From Candidatus Gottesmanbacteria bacterium (lineage in GTDB: Bacteria; Patescibacteriota; Microgenomatia; UBA10105; UBA927), in assembly GCA_903821745.1 (NCBI GenBank), contig CAIJMI010000004.1, positions 4,589 to 68,588 on the forward strand: 64,000 nucleotides of DNA, in the 5' to 3' direction. The notes beneath the pieces are model-generated. The model was not told the DNA's origin and ran no database searches. It saw nothing but the letters and a program-made list of their open reading frames with translations. The position numbers and the translations under genes were made by a program. Numbering within the stretch: position 1 is the first letter of the stretch; the number at the start of each line of letters is the position of its first letter. Positions 52,362-61,450 of this stretch are shown one piece after another.

Positions 52362-53399
52362 ATGAAAACGTGGCAAAACCTTCGTGATCATCCAGAGAAC
52401 TGGAAGCGATATTTCATTCGTGAACAGGTCATCCGATCGACGCGTTCATTTTTTGATAGCCAAACATTTCATGAGGTAGAAACCCCCATCCTTCTTGCTC
52501 ACCCGGCAGCAGAAAGCTATCTGGATGTTTTTGAAACAACACTACTTGATAGGAACCGAAAACCCACAAAAGCATACCTTTCAACATCGCCGGAGCTCGC
52601 ACTCAAAAAGCTTATCGTTGCAGGTATCGGCAATTGTTACAGTATTACGAAGAGTTTTCGAAATATGGAAACAGACAGCTTTACCCATAATCCGGAATTT
52701 ACGATCCTGGAATGGTATCGTGTGGGTGCAACCTATACATCGCTCATGGAGGACTGCAAAAACTTGCTGTTATCGATCAATCATGCGCTCGGGAATGGTG
52801 ACACACTTACGTACCAAGGAGTAACATTCAATCTCGCTGGCCCGTGGGAAAAAATAACAATAAAAGAAGCATTTGCCAAATGGGCGAACATTGATTTTGA
52901 CGAATTCCTGAACGAGGAAATGGCAAGACGCATTGCGAAACAAAAGGGGTACACCGTCGCAAAGGAAAATACCTGGGAAGAGCTGTATGATCAAATATTT
53001 TTAAATGAGGTGGAACCGCATCTCGGAAAATCTGTTCCTACGATTGTTTATGAATTTCCCGGGTGTCTTGCAGCACTCTCCAAAAAGAAAAAAGAAAATC
53101 CGAACTACGCAGAACGTTTTGAATGGTATATTGGCGGACTCGAACTGGGGGATTGCTATACGGAACTCACCAATTGGAAAGAGCAGCAAGATCGGTTTGA
53201 CCTTGAACTTATTGAGCTAAAACGTCTAGGAAAAACCACCTATGACTATGACCATGATTTTATTGACGCACTCAAAGTCGGTATGCCTGACACCAGTGGG
53301 ATAGCTGTAGGACTGGATCGACTGATTATGTTATACAGTAACACTACCCGTATTGCGGATACGCTCTTCTTCTCGAGTTACGAACTGTTTGAAAAATAA
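52362..53399 (+). CDS. epmA: EF-P (R)-beta-lysine ligase EpmA (GenX/PoxA; LysRS catalytic-domain paralogue lacking the anticodon-binding domain)
   Basis: Class II aaRS motifs (FHEVETPIL..., SPELALKKLIVAGIGNCYSITKSFRNME, motif-3 region), 346 aa without N-terminal OB fold; immediately upstream of efp. Start re-called to ATG 52362. Confidence 0.7.
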   Translation: MKTWQNLRDHPENWKRYFIREQVIRSTRSFFDSQTFHEVETPILLAHPAAESYLDVFETTLLDRNRKPTKAYLSTSPELALKKLIVAGIGNCYSITKSFRNMETDSFTHNPEFTILEWYRVGATYTSLMEDCKNLLLSINHALGNGDTLTYQGVTFNLAGPWEKITIKEAFAKWANIDFDEFLNEEMARRIAKQKGYTVAKENTWEELYDQIFLNEVEPHLGKSVPTIVYEFPGCLAALSKKKKENPNYAERFEWYIGGLELGDCYTELTNWKEQQDRFDLELIELKRLGKTTYDYDHDFIDALKVGMPDTSGIAVGLDRLIMLYSNTTRIADTLFFSSYELFEK

Positions 53400-53424
53400 G
53401 CGTGTTCGTGGGATAATAGCTTCC

Positions 53425-53988
53425 ATGTCATCCATAACAACATCTGATTTCAAAAACGGAATATTCATTACGTTTAAAGATCAACCGCACCAAATTGTAG
53501 AATTTCAACGCGTCAATCCGGGAAAAGGGTCCGCGTTTGTGAGAACCCGATTAAAATCACTCACAACAGGAAAAGTGCAAGAATTTACGTATAAATCCGG
53601 GGAATCTGTTGAAGAACTTCCAGTGGAAACACAAGAAATGCAGTATCTCTATCCAGAAGGCGAAGACTATGTGTTTATGAATAACCAGACCTTTGATCAG
53701 GTAACGGTCAAAGGAACGCTCCTGGGAGATTTCGTAAAATTCTTAAAACCCAATGATACCTATCAGGTGCTTGTTCATGAAGAAGAGGCTGTTGGTATTA
53801 GACTTCCAAAGAAAGTACGACTCAAAGTGACAGAGGCAACAGATGGGGCACGAGGAAACACCGTTTCTGGCGCAACCAAAACCGTTGTTGTTGAAACCGG
53901 AGCGGTAGTCACGGTGCCGCTGTTTATTAAAGAAGGGGAAATGATTGCTATTGATCCGGAAACAGGAAGCTACGTTGAACGCGCGTAA
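53425..53988 (+). CDS. efp: Elongation factor P
   Basis: KOW-like N-domain with conserved modified-Lys loop PGKGSAFVRT; start re-called to ATG 53425. Confidence 0.85.
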   Translation: MSSITTSDFKNGIFITFKDQPHQIVEFQRVNPGKGSAFVRTRLKSLTTGKVQEFTYKSGESVEELPVETQEMQYLYPEGEDYVFMNNQTFDQVTVKGTLLGDFVKFLKPNDTYQVLVHEEEAVGIRLPKKVRLKVTEATDGARGNTVSGATKTVVVETGAVVTVPLFIKEGEMIAIDPETGSYVERA

Positions 53989-54041
53989 ACTCGTCTTCAT
54001 AATTGACACCTTCTGCAGCACGTGAAACAATAATTATTACT

Positions 54042-54959
54042 ATGGATGATGAATCGTCTGTGACAACGCCACCGGAAATAACCTACGAAGAAACTCCAGT
54101 CATTACACCAATTGTTGATCCACCACCTGTTTCACCCACACCTACGCCGACCTCCGAATACCCAAAAAAGAAGACATCATTTGGTTCACTGCTCAAAAAT
54201 ATCCTCTTATTAGTTGTCTTATTCATTATTGGATATCTCTTAAGCGGTGTCATTCGAAATGCAATTAATACACCGAAAACTGCAGTCAAACCCAACCCGA
54301 CGCCAATAGCAACAAATGACATTGAAGTCCTGAATCAGGCGGTTCCTGGATCAACGAGTGCATCAACACTTGTTACACCACAAACCAATACACAAAACGT
54401 ATGGAAACAATATTCTCCAGTCAATGGAACGACAAGAAAGGCAATCGAAACCATCCAATTTAAACTTCCAGGAACAGTATTGGCTCCTATTTGTGACGGT
54501 TCAGCATGTGGATCACAGGGAACCTATTTACCAGGAGAAACACGATTAACCATCGCTCCTCGGGGAGTCGGACAGGTGCTTCCTGATTTTAGAGGGAAAA
54601 TTATCAGCGATGCAGGAGGCAAAGCCTTTGTCACAAAACAAATTACCGTTGCAGGAAAACAAACTACAGATTTTGCAACCGAGAATGTTGGTTCAACGGT
54701 TGGGGGATATGCATTCTCCATGATGCATGGCGTGATGATTGAAGTCACAGACACACTTTCTTTGGAACTCAATCATTTTGCTCCTCGTGGAATCACTGCG
54801 GATTTTATGGCTGATGAGGTGTTATTCCAGCAAATTATCGCAACAATCACATTCTCACCAACAGGATCGTTGGAAAAAGGTGCACTATTGCCTACGCCTA
54901 TCCCAATGGAAACAACATTTGCTTCCCCAACGGCGCAGCCACTGAGCCCCATTCGATAA
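54042..54959 (+). CDS. Hypothetical membrane-anchored protein with Pro/Thr-rich linker
   Basis: ORF-track start at 54003 is a TTG, re-called to ATG 54042; TM LLLVVLFIIGYLLSGVI. Confidence 0.4.
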   Translation: MDDESSVTTPPEITYEETPVITPIVDPPPVSPTPTPTSEYPKKKTSFGSLLKNILLLVVLFIIGYLLSGVIRNAINTPKTAVKPNPTPIATNDIEVLNQAVPGSTSASTLVTPQTNTQNVWKQYSPVNGTTRKAIETIQFKLPGTVLAPICDGSACGSQGTYLPGETRLTIAPRGVGQVLPDFRGKIISDAGGKAFVTKQITVAGKQTTDFATENVGSTVGGYAFSMMHGVMIEVTDTLSLELNHFAPRGITADFMADEVLFQQIIATITFSPTGSLEKGALLPTPIPMETTFASPTAQPLSPIR

Positions 54960-54969
54960 CCGGAAAAAT

Positions 54970-57111
54970 TTACACCGTCGGCCAAGAAGAAATGATCAGT
55001 GGTTCATACTGTTTCCTCGGCAGTTGTCCCCACATGTGTTCTGTAATAAACGGCATAAACGGATGGAGAAGTTGTAGTAAGGTTAAAAGTATGTGACGGT
55101 ACACGGAAAGTGCGTTTGCGTCACCCTGTTTAAATCGTTCTTTATTTTGCTCCAAATATTCATCAGCAAGTGCGTGCCAGGTAAAATCGTAGACTGTCTG
55201 TGCAGCGTCGGAATATCGATACGTATCCATATACTTTGTTGTCATCTTTACAGTCGTTTCAAGTTTTTTTATCATTTCAATGTCAGATTGTACTAAATCT
55301 TTATCCATCGTCTTATCATAAAAGGGGAGCTCTTTGATTAATTCCGTATTCATCAGGAAAAGCCGTGCAATATTCCACAGCTTATTGGCAAAGTTTCTCA
55401 TTCCACGAATTTTATCTTCAGAAAGCGATATATCATTTCCTGCAGCTGCTCCAAAGACAAGTGCCATCCGGAGTGCATCAGCCCCATACAGATCAACCAT
55501 TTTAATTGGATTCACGACGTTTCCTTTACTTTTGCTCATTTTTTGTCCTTTGGCATCCCGCACAAGTCCATGAAGATATACTTTTTTAAACGGAACTTTA
55601 CCGGTTACAAAGAGGCCAACCATCAGCATGCGGCACACCCACCAAGGAAGAATGTCATACCCCGTTTCCATAACAGAGGTGGGGTAAAACGTTTCAAAAT
55701 CTGTTTTGTCACTATTTGCTTGAAGCGTTGCAAATGGCCATTGAGAACTAGAAAACCAGGTATCAAAGGTGTCGGTGTCCTGAACTAAATCCACACCTTT
55801 ACAGGTAGGACAGGAAGTTGGGGTGGATCCGTCAGTAATAATCCAGGATTTTTCTGGATTATTTTTTGCACAGGATTGACAGTGCCATGCAGGAATACGA
55901 ATGCCCCACACAATTTGGCGGCTAATATTCCAGTCATGAAAGTCTGTTAACCATTGTGCCGCGGTCTTTTCAAACCGTTGTGGAACAAAACTGACATCCT
56001 TTTTTTCAATTGCTGCAATGGCCCGATCAGCAAGGGGACGAATCTTCACAAACCATTGTGACATCGGTAAGGGTTCTAGCACAGTTCCGCATTTGTAACA
56101 CGTTCCCACAGTATGCACATACGCCTCATCAACGTGGTCAATCATTCCTCGCGCCTTCATGTCCTCGACAACCTTTGCCCGTGCTGCTTTCACGCGAAGT
56201 CCTGCATAAGGACCAGCAACAGCAGTTAATTTTCCGTCAAACCCAATAACCTGCAACGACGGAAGATTGTGCCGTTTTCCGATTTCATAATCTGTCATAT
56301 CGTGAGCAGGCGTCACTTTCACGACTCCTGTTCCAAATGCCGGATCAACAACCTCATCTCCAACCACCTGAAGTTGTACCGGTCCATTCAATCCTTCAAA
56401 TTCAATTTCTTTTCCAATCCATGAATTATATCGTTTGTCTTCTGGATGAACGGCAACTGCCGTATCACCGAATTTCGTTTCCGGTCTAACTGTTGCCAGC
56501 ACAAACGGTCCATATTTGATGTAATATAAGGGATCGATTTGTTCAACATGTTTTACTTCAAGATCTGAAAACGATGTTCCGCATTTTGTGCAGTAATTTA
56601 CAAGCCGTTCTCCGCGATAAATAAGTCCTTCATCATGCATCTTTTTGAATGTCTTATACACAATGGCAATAACTTCAGGATCCAAAGGAAACCGTAACCG
56701 TTGCCAATCCAAAGAAAATCCCATCCGTCGAAGCTGTGATTCCATGGTACCCCGGTTAGCCTGAGTAAAATCCCAAATTGCTTTGTAGAGATCATCCCGG
56801 GTGTAATCAAAACGGCTTTTTCCTTGTTTTGCCAAAAACTTTTCAAACACAAATTGGGTCTCAAATCCCGCATGGTCAAAGCCAGGTTGCCAAAGCGTTA
56901 CATCACCCTTCATCCGATGATACCGAATCATGATGTCTTCAATCGTAAACATGGCGTGTCCCAAATGAAGATCACCGTTCGCATTAGGAAGGGGGAGAAT
57001 CACACAAAAAGGTTCTTTCCCATTTTCTTTTTTAGGCGTAAAGTAACCAGCTTTTTCCCACGAAGTATACGTTGTCTCTTCAAATGATTTTGGCGTGTAT
57101 GCTTTATCCAT
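54970..57111 (-). CDS. valS: Valine--tRNA ligase (short form, 713 aa)
   Basis: N-terminus closely parallels E. coli ValRS (MDKAYTPKSFEETTYTSWEKAGYF...), HIGH-type PNANGDLHLGHA, KMSKS (KMSKSKGN). Confidence 0.85.
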   Translation of the reverse strand: MDKAYTPKSFEETTYTSWEKAGYFTPKKENGKEPFCVILPLPNANGDLHLGHAMFTIEDIMIRYHRMKGDVTLWQPGFDHAGFETQFVFEKFLAKQGKSRFDYTRDDLYKAIWDFTQANRGTMESQLRRMGFSLDWQRLRFPLDPEVIAIVYKTFKKMHDEGLIYRGERLVNYCTKCGTSFSDLEVKHVEQIDPLYYIKYGPFVLATVRPETKFGDTAVAVHPEDKRYNSWIGKEIEFEGLNGPVQLQVVGDEVVDPAFGTGVVKVTPAHDMTDYEIGKRHNLPSLQVIGFDGKLTAVAGPYAGLRVKAARAKVVEDMKARGMIDHVDEAYVHTVGTCYKCGTVLEPLPMSQWFVKIRPLADRAIAAIEKKDVSFVPQRFEKTAAQWLTDFHDWNISRQIVWGIRIPAWHCQSCAKNNPEKSWIITDGSTPTSCPTCKGVDLVQDTDTFDTWFSSSQWPFATLQANSDKTDFETFYPTSVMETGYDILPWWVCRMLMVGLFVTGKVPFKKVYLHGLVRDAKGQKMSKSKGNVVNPIKMVDLYGADALRMALVFGAAAGNDISLSEDKIRGMRNFANKLWNIARLFLMNTELIKELPFYDKTMDKDLVQSDIEMIKKLETTVKMTTKYMDTYRYSDAAQTVYDFTWHALADEYLEQNKERFKQGDANALSVYRHILLTLLQLLHPFMPFITEHMWGQLPRKQYEPLIISSWPTV

Positions 57112-57136
57112 TACTCACGTATTGTAGCGCGTGGGG

Positions 57137-57997
57137 TTACAACTCATCAAGCTTCACATTTTCAACTTGTTGCCCTTTAATAAGCTCCAAGTATTTTTCA
57201 GTTGTGGACAGGCGTTTATGTCCGACCAATTTTGAAAGGGTCATGATTGGTGTACCGGCCATCAGATGGTGAGCAATAAAGGTGTGGCGCAAATCATTTA
57301 CTTTTGCTTGTTCAATGCCGGCAATACGGAAATAGCGATCAATGGCCGTTCGAATGTTTCGAATTAACAGTGCCCGACCGGTTTTTGTGATAAATAATGC
57401 ATTGCTTTTTGCAGAAGGGTTACGAATCTCTTTATACTTATTTAACGCTTCAACCGCTGCTTTGTTAAGTGGCACATTGCGTTCTTCATGGCCTTCTTGG
57501 CTGGCAATATGCAGATCTGTTGGTTTCACGTCATCAATCATAAGTGCTGCAAGTTCACCAATACGAACACCGGTTTGAAGAAAAAGCTCGACAATTGCAT
57601 ACATGCGGACATCTCCGCGACAGGCATCACGAAGTGCGCGGTATTCGAGTTTTGACAAAATTCGCGGTGGTTTGACATCGTATTTTGGATGGACAATTTC
57701 CGTCGCAGGATCTGTTTTTGTAACGCCTGATGTTTTCAAAAACCTAAAAAATGTCTTAATAGAGTTGATCTTCCGTGAGACAGACTTTGGGGTATAGCTA
57801 TCACTTGCAAGTTTCTTCAAAAACGCATTAATCTCATCTGGGGTAATGTCAGTAATAGTTTTCTTCTCCGCGGCCTGAAAAAACGTCAACATTTGGTCAA
57901 TGTCTTTTTTGTATGCTACGATGGTAGCACGAGCACGCTTTTTGGCCGTCAAATAGTCAACAAACTGTGCATTCGTACTCTTTAAATCAGTGCTCAT
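57137..57997 (-). CDS. xerD: Tyrosine-type site-specific recombinase (XerC/XerD-like)
   Basis: N-terminal SAM-like core-binding domain, catalytic R...HxxR...Y (DLRHTFIAHHLMAG...LVGHKRLSTTEKYLEL). Confidence 0.8.
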   Translation of the reverse strand: MSTDLKSTNAQFVDYLTAKKRARATIVAYKKDIDQMLTFFQAAEKKTITDITPDEINAFLKKLASDSYTPKSVSRKINSIKTFFRFLKTSGVTKTDPATEIVHPKYDVKPPRILSKLEYRALRDACRGDVRMYAIVELFLQTGVRIGELAALMIDDVKPTDLHIASQEGHEERNVPLNKAAVEALNKYKEIRNPSAKSNALFITKTGRALLIRNIRTAIDRYFRIAGIEQAKVNDLRHTFIAHHLMAGTPIMTLSKLVGHKRLSTTEKYLELIKGQQVENVKLDEL

Positions 57998-58112
57998 ATA
58001 TGTATTATTTTGAAGCAGGAAACAATTTCGGGAGGATATCCCGAGGCAAGTAGTAAAGCCTATAATATCATAGTCTCGTGACTATTTGCAAGGTACAAAA
58101 AATAACAGGCGC

Positions 58113-58466
58113 ATGAAACAAAAACCCATAGTTCAGCTACTCCCACTTATAGCCTTCTTAGGGCTATGTATAGCCATTGGAAGCCTCATAAGCTCGCTTT
58201 TTGGCATATCCCACAGACGAACGATCTTGCAAACGAGCCAGGAAGAGCTTGTGAAGCTTCAAAAAAAGAACCAAGACTTAGAAAAACAGCTACACATAGC
58301 CGAGTCTCCCGAATTTATCGAAAAAATGGCCCGAGAAAAACTCAATTTGGCAAAACCGGGAGAAACCATCATTTTGGTTAGTCAGCAGACTAAGGAAACA
58401 AGCGAAATGCAAGACGCTCACACACCTCAAACAAACTGGAAACAATGGTGGTGGGTTTTCTTTTAA
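58113..58466 (+). CDS. ftsB: Septum formation initiator (FtsB/DivIC/FtsL-like)
   Basis: N-terminal TM followed by a coiled coil and the conserved AREKLNLAKPGETII motif of the FtsB/DivIC family. Confidence 0.6.
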   Translation: MKQKPIVQLLPLIAFLGLCIAIGSLISSLFGISHRRTILQTSQEELVKLQKKNQDLEKQLHIAESPEFIEKMAREKLNLAKPGETIILVSQQTKETSEMQDAHTPQTNWKQWWWVFF

Positions 58467-58514
58467 ATTCAGTTTTTGAAAAACCCCACGAATTTTTTTG
58501 GAAATAGAGAAAAG

Positions 58515-58586
58515 TGCCAGGAGTGGGGGTCGGACCCACGACTCCACGCTTATGAAGCGTGTGCTCTACCGCTGAGCTACCCTGGC
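58515..58586 (-). tRNA. tRNA-Met (anticodon CAU; elongator-type or tRNA-Ile2 precursor), no encoded CCA, unusual T-loop UCCGACC
   Basis: rc = GCCAGGGUAGCUCAGCGGUAGAGCACACGCUUCAUAAGCGUGGAGUCGUGGGUCCGACCCCCACUCCUGGCA; clean cloverleaf, G1:C72 (not initiator), anticodon loop UUCAUAA; position 55 is C rather than U. Confidence 0.7.
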
Positions 58587-58954
58587 AATGGGACATCGCG
58601 TAATGCTTGAACCAATCCTGCTATTTTATACAAAATCCGCGCAGGTTTCAAAACTTTAACCGATAGCGTTCCAAAATGGTCTTCATAATTTTCGTAAATT
58701 TTCTTTGGTTTACTTTGTTTAAAGCTTGTTTTTGTAAACTGACCCAAAGGAATATGAGTAACAGAACTCCAATATTTTTGGATAACTAAATCACGATTTT
58801 TATGAATAACATTCACACCAACATAACATTTGAAGTCACTCAACGTCAAATCGAAAAATTTTTGAAACCATCCCATAAGGAATAAAATCAGCTTCGGATC
58901 CGAATTACAAAATTCAATCTTCTTCATTTTTTTATTCCCTTCAGCCCAATACAA
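58577..58954 (-). CDS. Hypothetical protein (AT-rich; 3' end overlaps the tRNA-Met 5' end by 10 nt)
   Basis: 125-aa ORF from ORF track; no recognisable motifs; anomalous overlap with tRNA. Confidence 0.3.
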   Translation of the reverse strand: MYWAEGNKKMKKIEFCNSDPKLILFLMGWFQKFFDLTLSDFKCYVGVNVIHKNRDLVIQKYWSSVTHIPLGQFTKTSFKQSKPKKIYENYEDHFGTLSVKVLKPARILYKIAGLVQALRDVPLPG

Positions 58955-59057
58955 AGCTATTCCGGAAACAAAAGATTCTTTCTCTGTTAAATATTAAATA
59001 TGTGTATGCCCATAAGCATTACCATCAATTATTCTTTGTAACCTATCTTGTCTTTTT

Positions 59058-59261
59058 TTCAGCTCCTAATAATCGACCAAGCGCAGCCCCCTCTATCTTA
59101 CGATGCTTCAAATACTGAAGTTGATCGATACTCAAAAGAATATCTCGCACCCACAAGCTAGCACTACTTTTAGCAACGTTAAGTTTTTAATCTATAAGCT
59201 TAACGCTCACACCACGCCTTCTTATTTCTCGAGCTTGGATTTTTTTGATAGATTTAGCCAT
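59058..59261 (-). pseudogene. Small ORF interrupted by one in-frame TAA (MAKSIKKIQAREIRRRGVSVKLID*KLNVAKSSASLWVRDILLSIDQLQYLKHRKIEGAALGRLLGAEKKTR), possible gene remnant
   Basis: Single reading frame of 67 sense codons with an internal stop at 59187-59189 (plus tta); GAAGG RBS-like sequence upstream; lies in a 1-kb AT-rich gene-poor region. Confidence 0.25.
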
Positions 59262-59909
59262 ATTGAACCTTCACAAATGATATATTCATCACATAATATG
59301 TAGGTTCGAAAATAAAGACAGAATATACAGAAAATCATAATTGGTGTATACTCACTTTTGTTCTTTAAATGAACCGCGGGGTAGTGTAAAGTTGCACAGA
59401 AGGCTCAAAATGGGCCCTTCAATAAGCAATTATTGAAATGAGAATTTGGCTGTATCGGTGAAACCCTTAGTTAACCAAGGGGCAATACCGAGGCAATCTC
59501 CGTCATTTGACGGAGCGAGTCCGTAGAGACTATACGCCAAATCCGCCTCTGGCGGAATGATATAGTCCGATACTCCAAGTAATTGGAGAAACATATGCAT
59601 AATCTTCTAGACCAGGTGCGATTCCTGGCCCCGCAACCAATTGACGACGTGTGATATACTAAGCACCATACAAGTAAATAAAGACCACGGGAAGATTGAT
59701 TGGGATCTTCCTACCGATGAAAATCGAGGCTGAGCAGGCTACCCGCCAACAAGGCGAGGATGTCTAATCCAGAAGCTTATCTGTAAAAATAAAGCACCAT
59801 GTGTCGCGTTCCTGCGGAGCATGTAATAAGATTTCTTACATGTCCCTCGCACTGGCGGGGGATTTTTTGTAAGCGATGAAGCAAGGTGGAACAGCCTGTA
59901 TTTTGTAGG

Positions 59910-59955
59910 CCCTTGTAAGTTACCAATATTTTTTGGTGATTTACAAGGGTTTTTG
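59910..59955 (+). terminator. Intrinsic terminator immediately upstream of tRNA-Trp
   Basis: 9-bp stem cccttgtaa / ttacaaggg with 22-nt loop followed by TTTTTGTTG; ends 7 nt before the tRNA-Trp 5' end. Confidence 0.5.
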
Positions 59956-59961
59956 TTGTAT

Positions 59962-60035
59962 AGGGGCATAGTGAAACGGTATCACGGGGATCTCCAAAAT
60001 CCCTATTTCAGGTTCAAATCCTGGTGCCCCTGCCA
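59962..60035 (+). tRNA. tRNA-Trp (anticodon CCA), CCA encoded
   Basis: AGGGGCAUAGUGAAACGGUAUCACGGGGAUCUCCAAAAUCCCUAUUUCAGGUUCAAAUCCUGGUGCCCCUGCCA; D-stem GUGA/UCAC, anticodon stem GGGAU/AUCCC with loop CUCCAAA, T-loop UUCAAAU, discriminator G73. Confidence 0.9.
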
Positions 60036-60076
60036 AAAAATAGTAAATGAATTACAATGATAGAAAGGAAATTTAT

Positions 60077-61447
60077 ATGAAACGAATTTTATCTGGCATT
60101 ACACCAAGCGGGGATGGAACACTCCATATCGGCAACTATCTCGGCGCGGTAAAACAGTTTATTGACATGGCACGTACCAACGAGTGTTTTCTGTTTGTGG
60201 CTGATTATCATGCACTCACAACGATTCAAAATAAAGGACAGCTACAAAAAAATGTAGAAGCATTAATACTCAATGAACTTTCGCTTCTGAAAGGATTTTT
60301 AACGCCAGAAGAATTTAATCGGCTTGTTTTTTACCGACAATCCGATCTTGAAGGACTCCACCCCGAGCTACAAACAATTCTCAACAATGTTACACCGCTT
60401 GGACTGTTAAAACGTGCCCATGCATACAAAGATAAACTGGCAAAAGAAACAGTTGAAGATGATATTAATGTCGGACTCTTTAGTTATCCCATTCTCATGG
60501 CAGCAGACATTTTGCTATACAAACCAGATCTCGTTCCTGTTGGAAAAGATCAAAAACAACACGTAGAAATTGCCAGAGATGTTGCGGAACGATTTAACCG
60601 CGTATTTAACAAACAACTCTTTAAACTTCCAGAACCGTTCATTCCAGAAAGTGTCGCAACGGTTCTTGGAACTGATGGCAAACGAAAAATGAGTAAATCA
60701 CTCGGTAATATTATCAGCATTTTTGAATCGGAGGAAGTAATAAAAAAACAGGTCATGGGAACATATACAGATCCAACCCGGGCTCATGCTACAGACCTCG
60801 GACACATTGAAGGAAATATGGTGTTTACATATCTCGACTTTTTTGGTGAAAAAGAGAAAGTAAACCAAATGAAAAAAGCCTATGGAGAAGGCCAAATAGG
60901 TGATATTGAAGTAAAACAATATTTATATGAGTCCTTACTTCACTACTTCACTCCTGCACGTAAACAATACGATGAGTTAAAAAATAATCCGGAACTTGTC
61001 AAAGAAATTCTTTCTCAAGGGAAGGAAAAGGCAATGATGATAGCGGGTACAACAATGAAAGAAGTACGAGAAACCATCGGACTGGTAAATGCATATTCCA
61101 GTCAAGACAAGAAAAAATCAACAATTACGATTGATGACTTTGGAAGTGTTGATATCAGAGTAGGGAAGGTCGAAACGGCAGAGCATATAGAAAAAAGCGA
61201 AAAACTCATCAGGCTTCATGTTGATTTTGGAGCATTTGGAAAACGGATTATCTTTACCGGTGTTCGACAATTCGGATATACAGGAGAGTATTTTATCGGC
61301 AAACAATTTTTCTTTGTCGTGAATTTACAATATCGAAAAATGATGGGTGAAGAATCGCAGGGAATGATCATGGCAGTAGATAGCATGGATGGAAAACCAC
61401 TCTTTATTTCCGGTGAAACATTGCCGCTTGGATCCAGAATTCGATAA
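60077..61447 (+). CDS. trpS: Tryptophan--tRNA ligase with fused C-terminal EMAP/Myf-type tRNA-binding domain
   Basis: Class I motifs (ILSGITPSGDGTLHIGNYLGA; KMSKS = KMSKSLGN) in the first ~330 aa; C-terminal ~120 aa match the tRNA-binding OB domain (GKVETAEHIEKSEKLIRLHVDFG...NLQYRKMMGEESQGMIMAVD). Start re-called to ATG 60077 (RBS AAAGGAA). Confidence 0.85.
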   Translation: MKRILSGITPSGDGTLHIGNYLGAVKQFIDMARTNECFLFVADYHALTTIQNKGQLQKNVEALILNELSLLKGFLTPEEFNRLVFYRQSDLEGLHPELQTILNNVTPLGLLKRAHAYKDKLAKETVEDDINVGLFSYPILMAADILLYKPDLVPVGKDQKQHVEIARDVAERFNRVFNKQLFKLPEPFIPESVATVLGTDGKRKMSKSLGNIISIFESEEVIKKQVMGTYTDPTRAHATDLGHIEGNMVFTYLDFFGEKEKVNQMKKAYGEGQIGDIEVKQYLYESLLHYFTPARKQYDELKNNPELVKEILSQGKEKAMMIAGTTMKEVRETIGLVNAYSSQDKKKSTITIDDFGSVDIRVGKVETAEHIEKSEKLIRLHVDFGAFGKRIIFTGVRQFGYTGEYFIGKQFFFVVNLQYRKMMGEESQGMIMAVDSMDGKPLFISGETLPLGSRIR

Positions 61448-61450
61448 GTA

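Noticed and set aside
59883-59955. T-box riboswitch upstream of tRNA-Trp/trpS
   Set aside because: Only 11/14 match to the T-box core. The bulge would read UGGA, implying discriminator U73, whereas the adjacent tRNA-Trp has G73, and no canonical Stem I K-turn or AG-bulge was found. Kept as a low-confidence note within a finding rather than a feature.
58955-59961. tmRNA, RNase P RNA, SRP RNA or 6S RNA in the long non-coding tract
   Set aside because: Searched by eye for hallmark motifs (GGAAAGUCCGG / ACAGAAxCCGGCUUA for RNase P; tRNA-like UUCGAxUCC..CCACCA end and ANDENYALAA-type tag frame for tmRNA; GGAAGCAGCC for SRP). None present.
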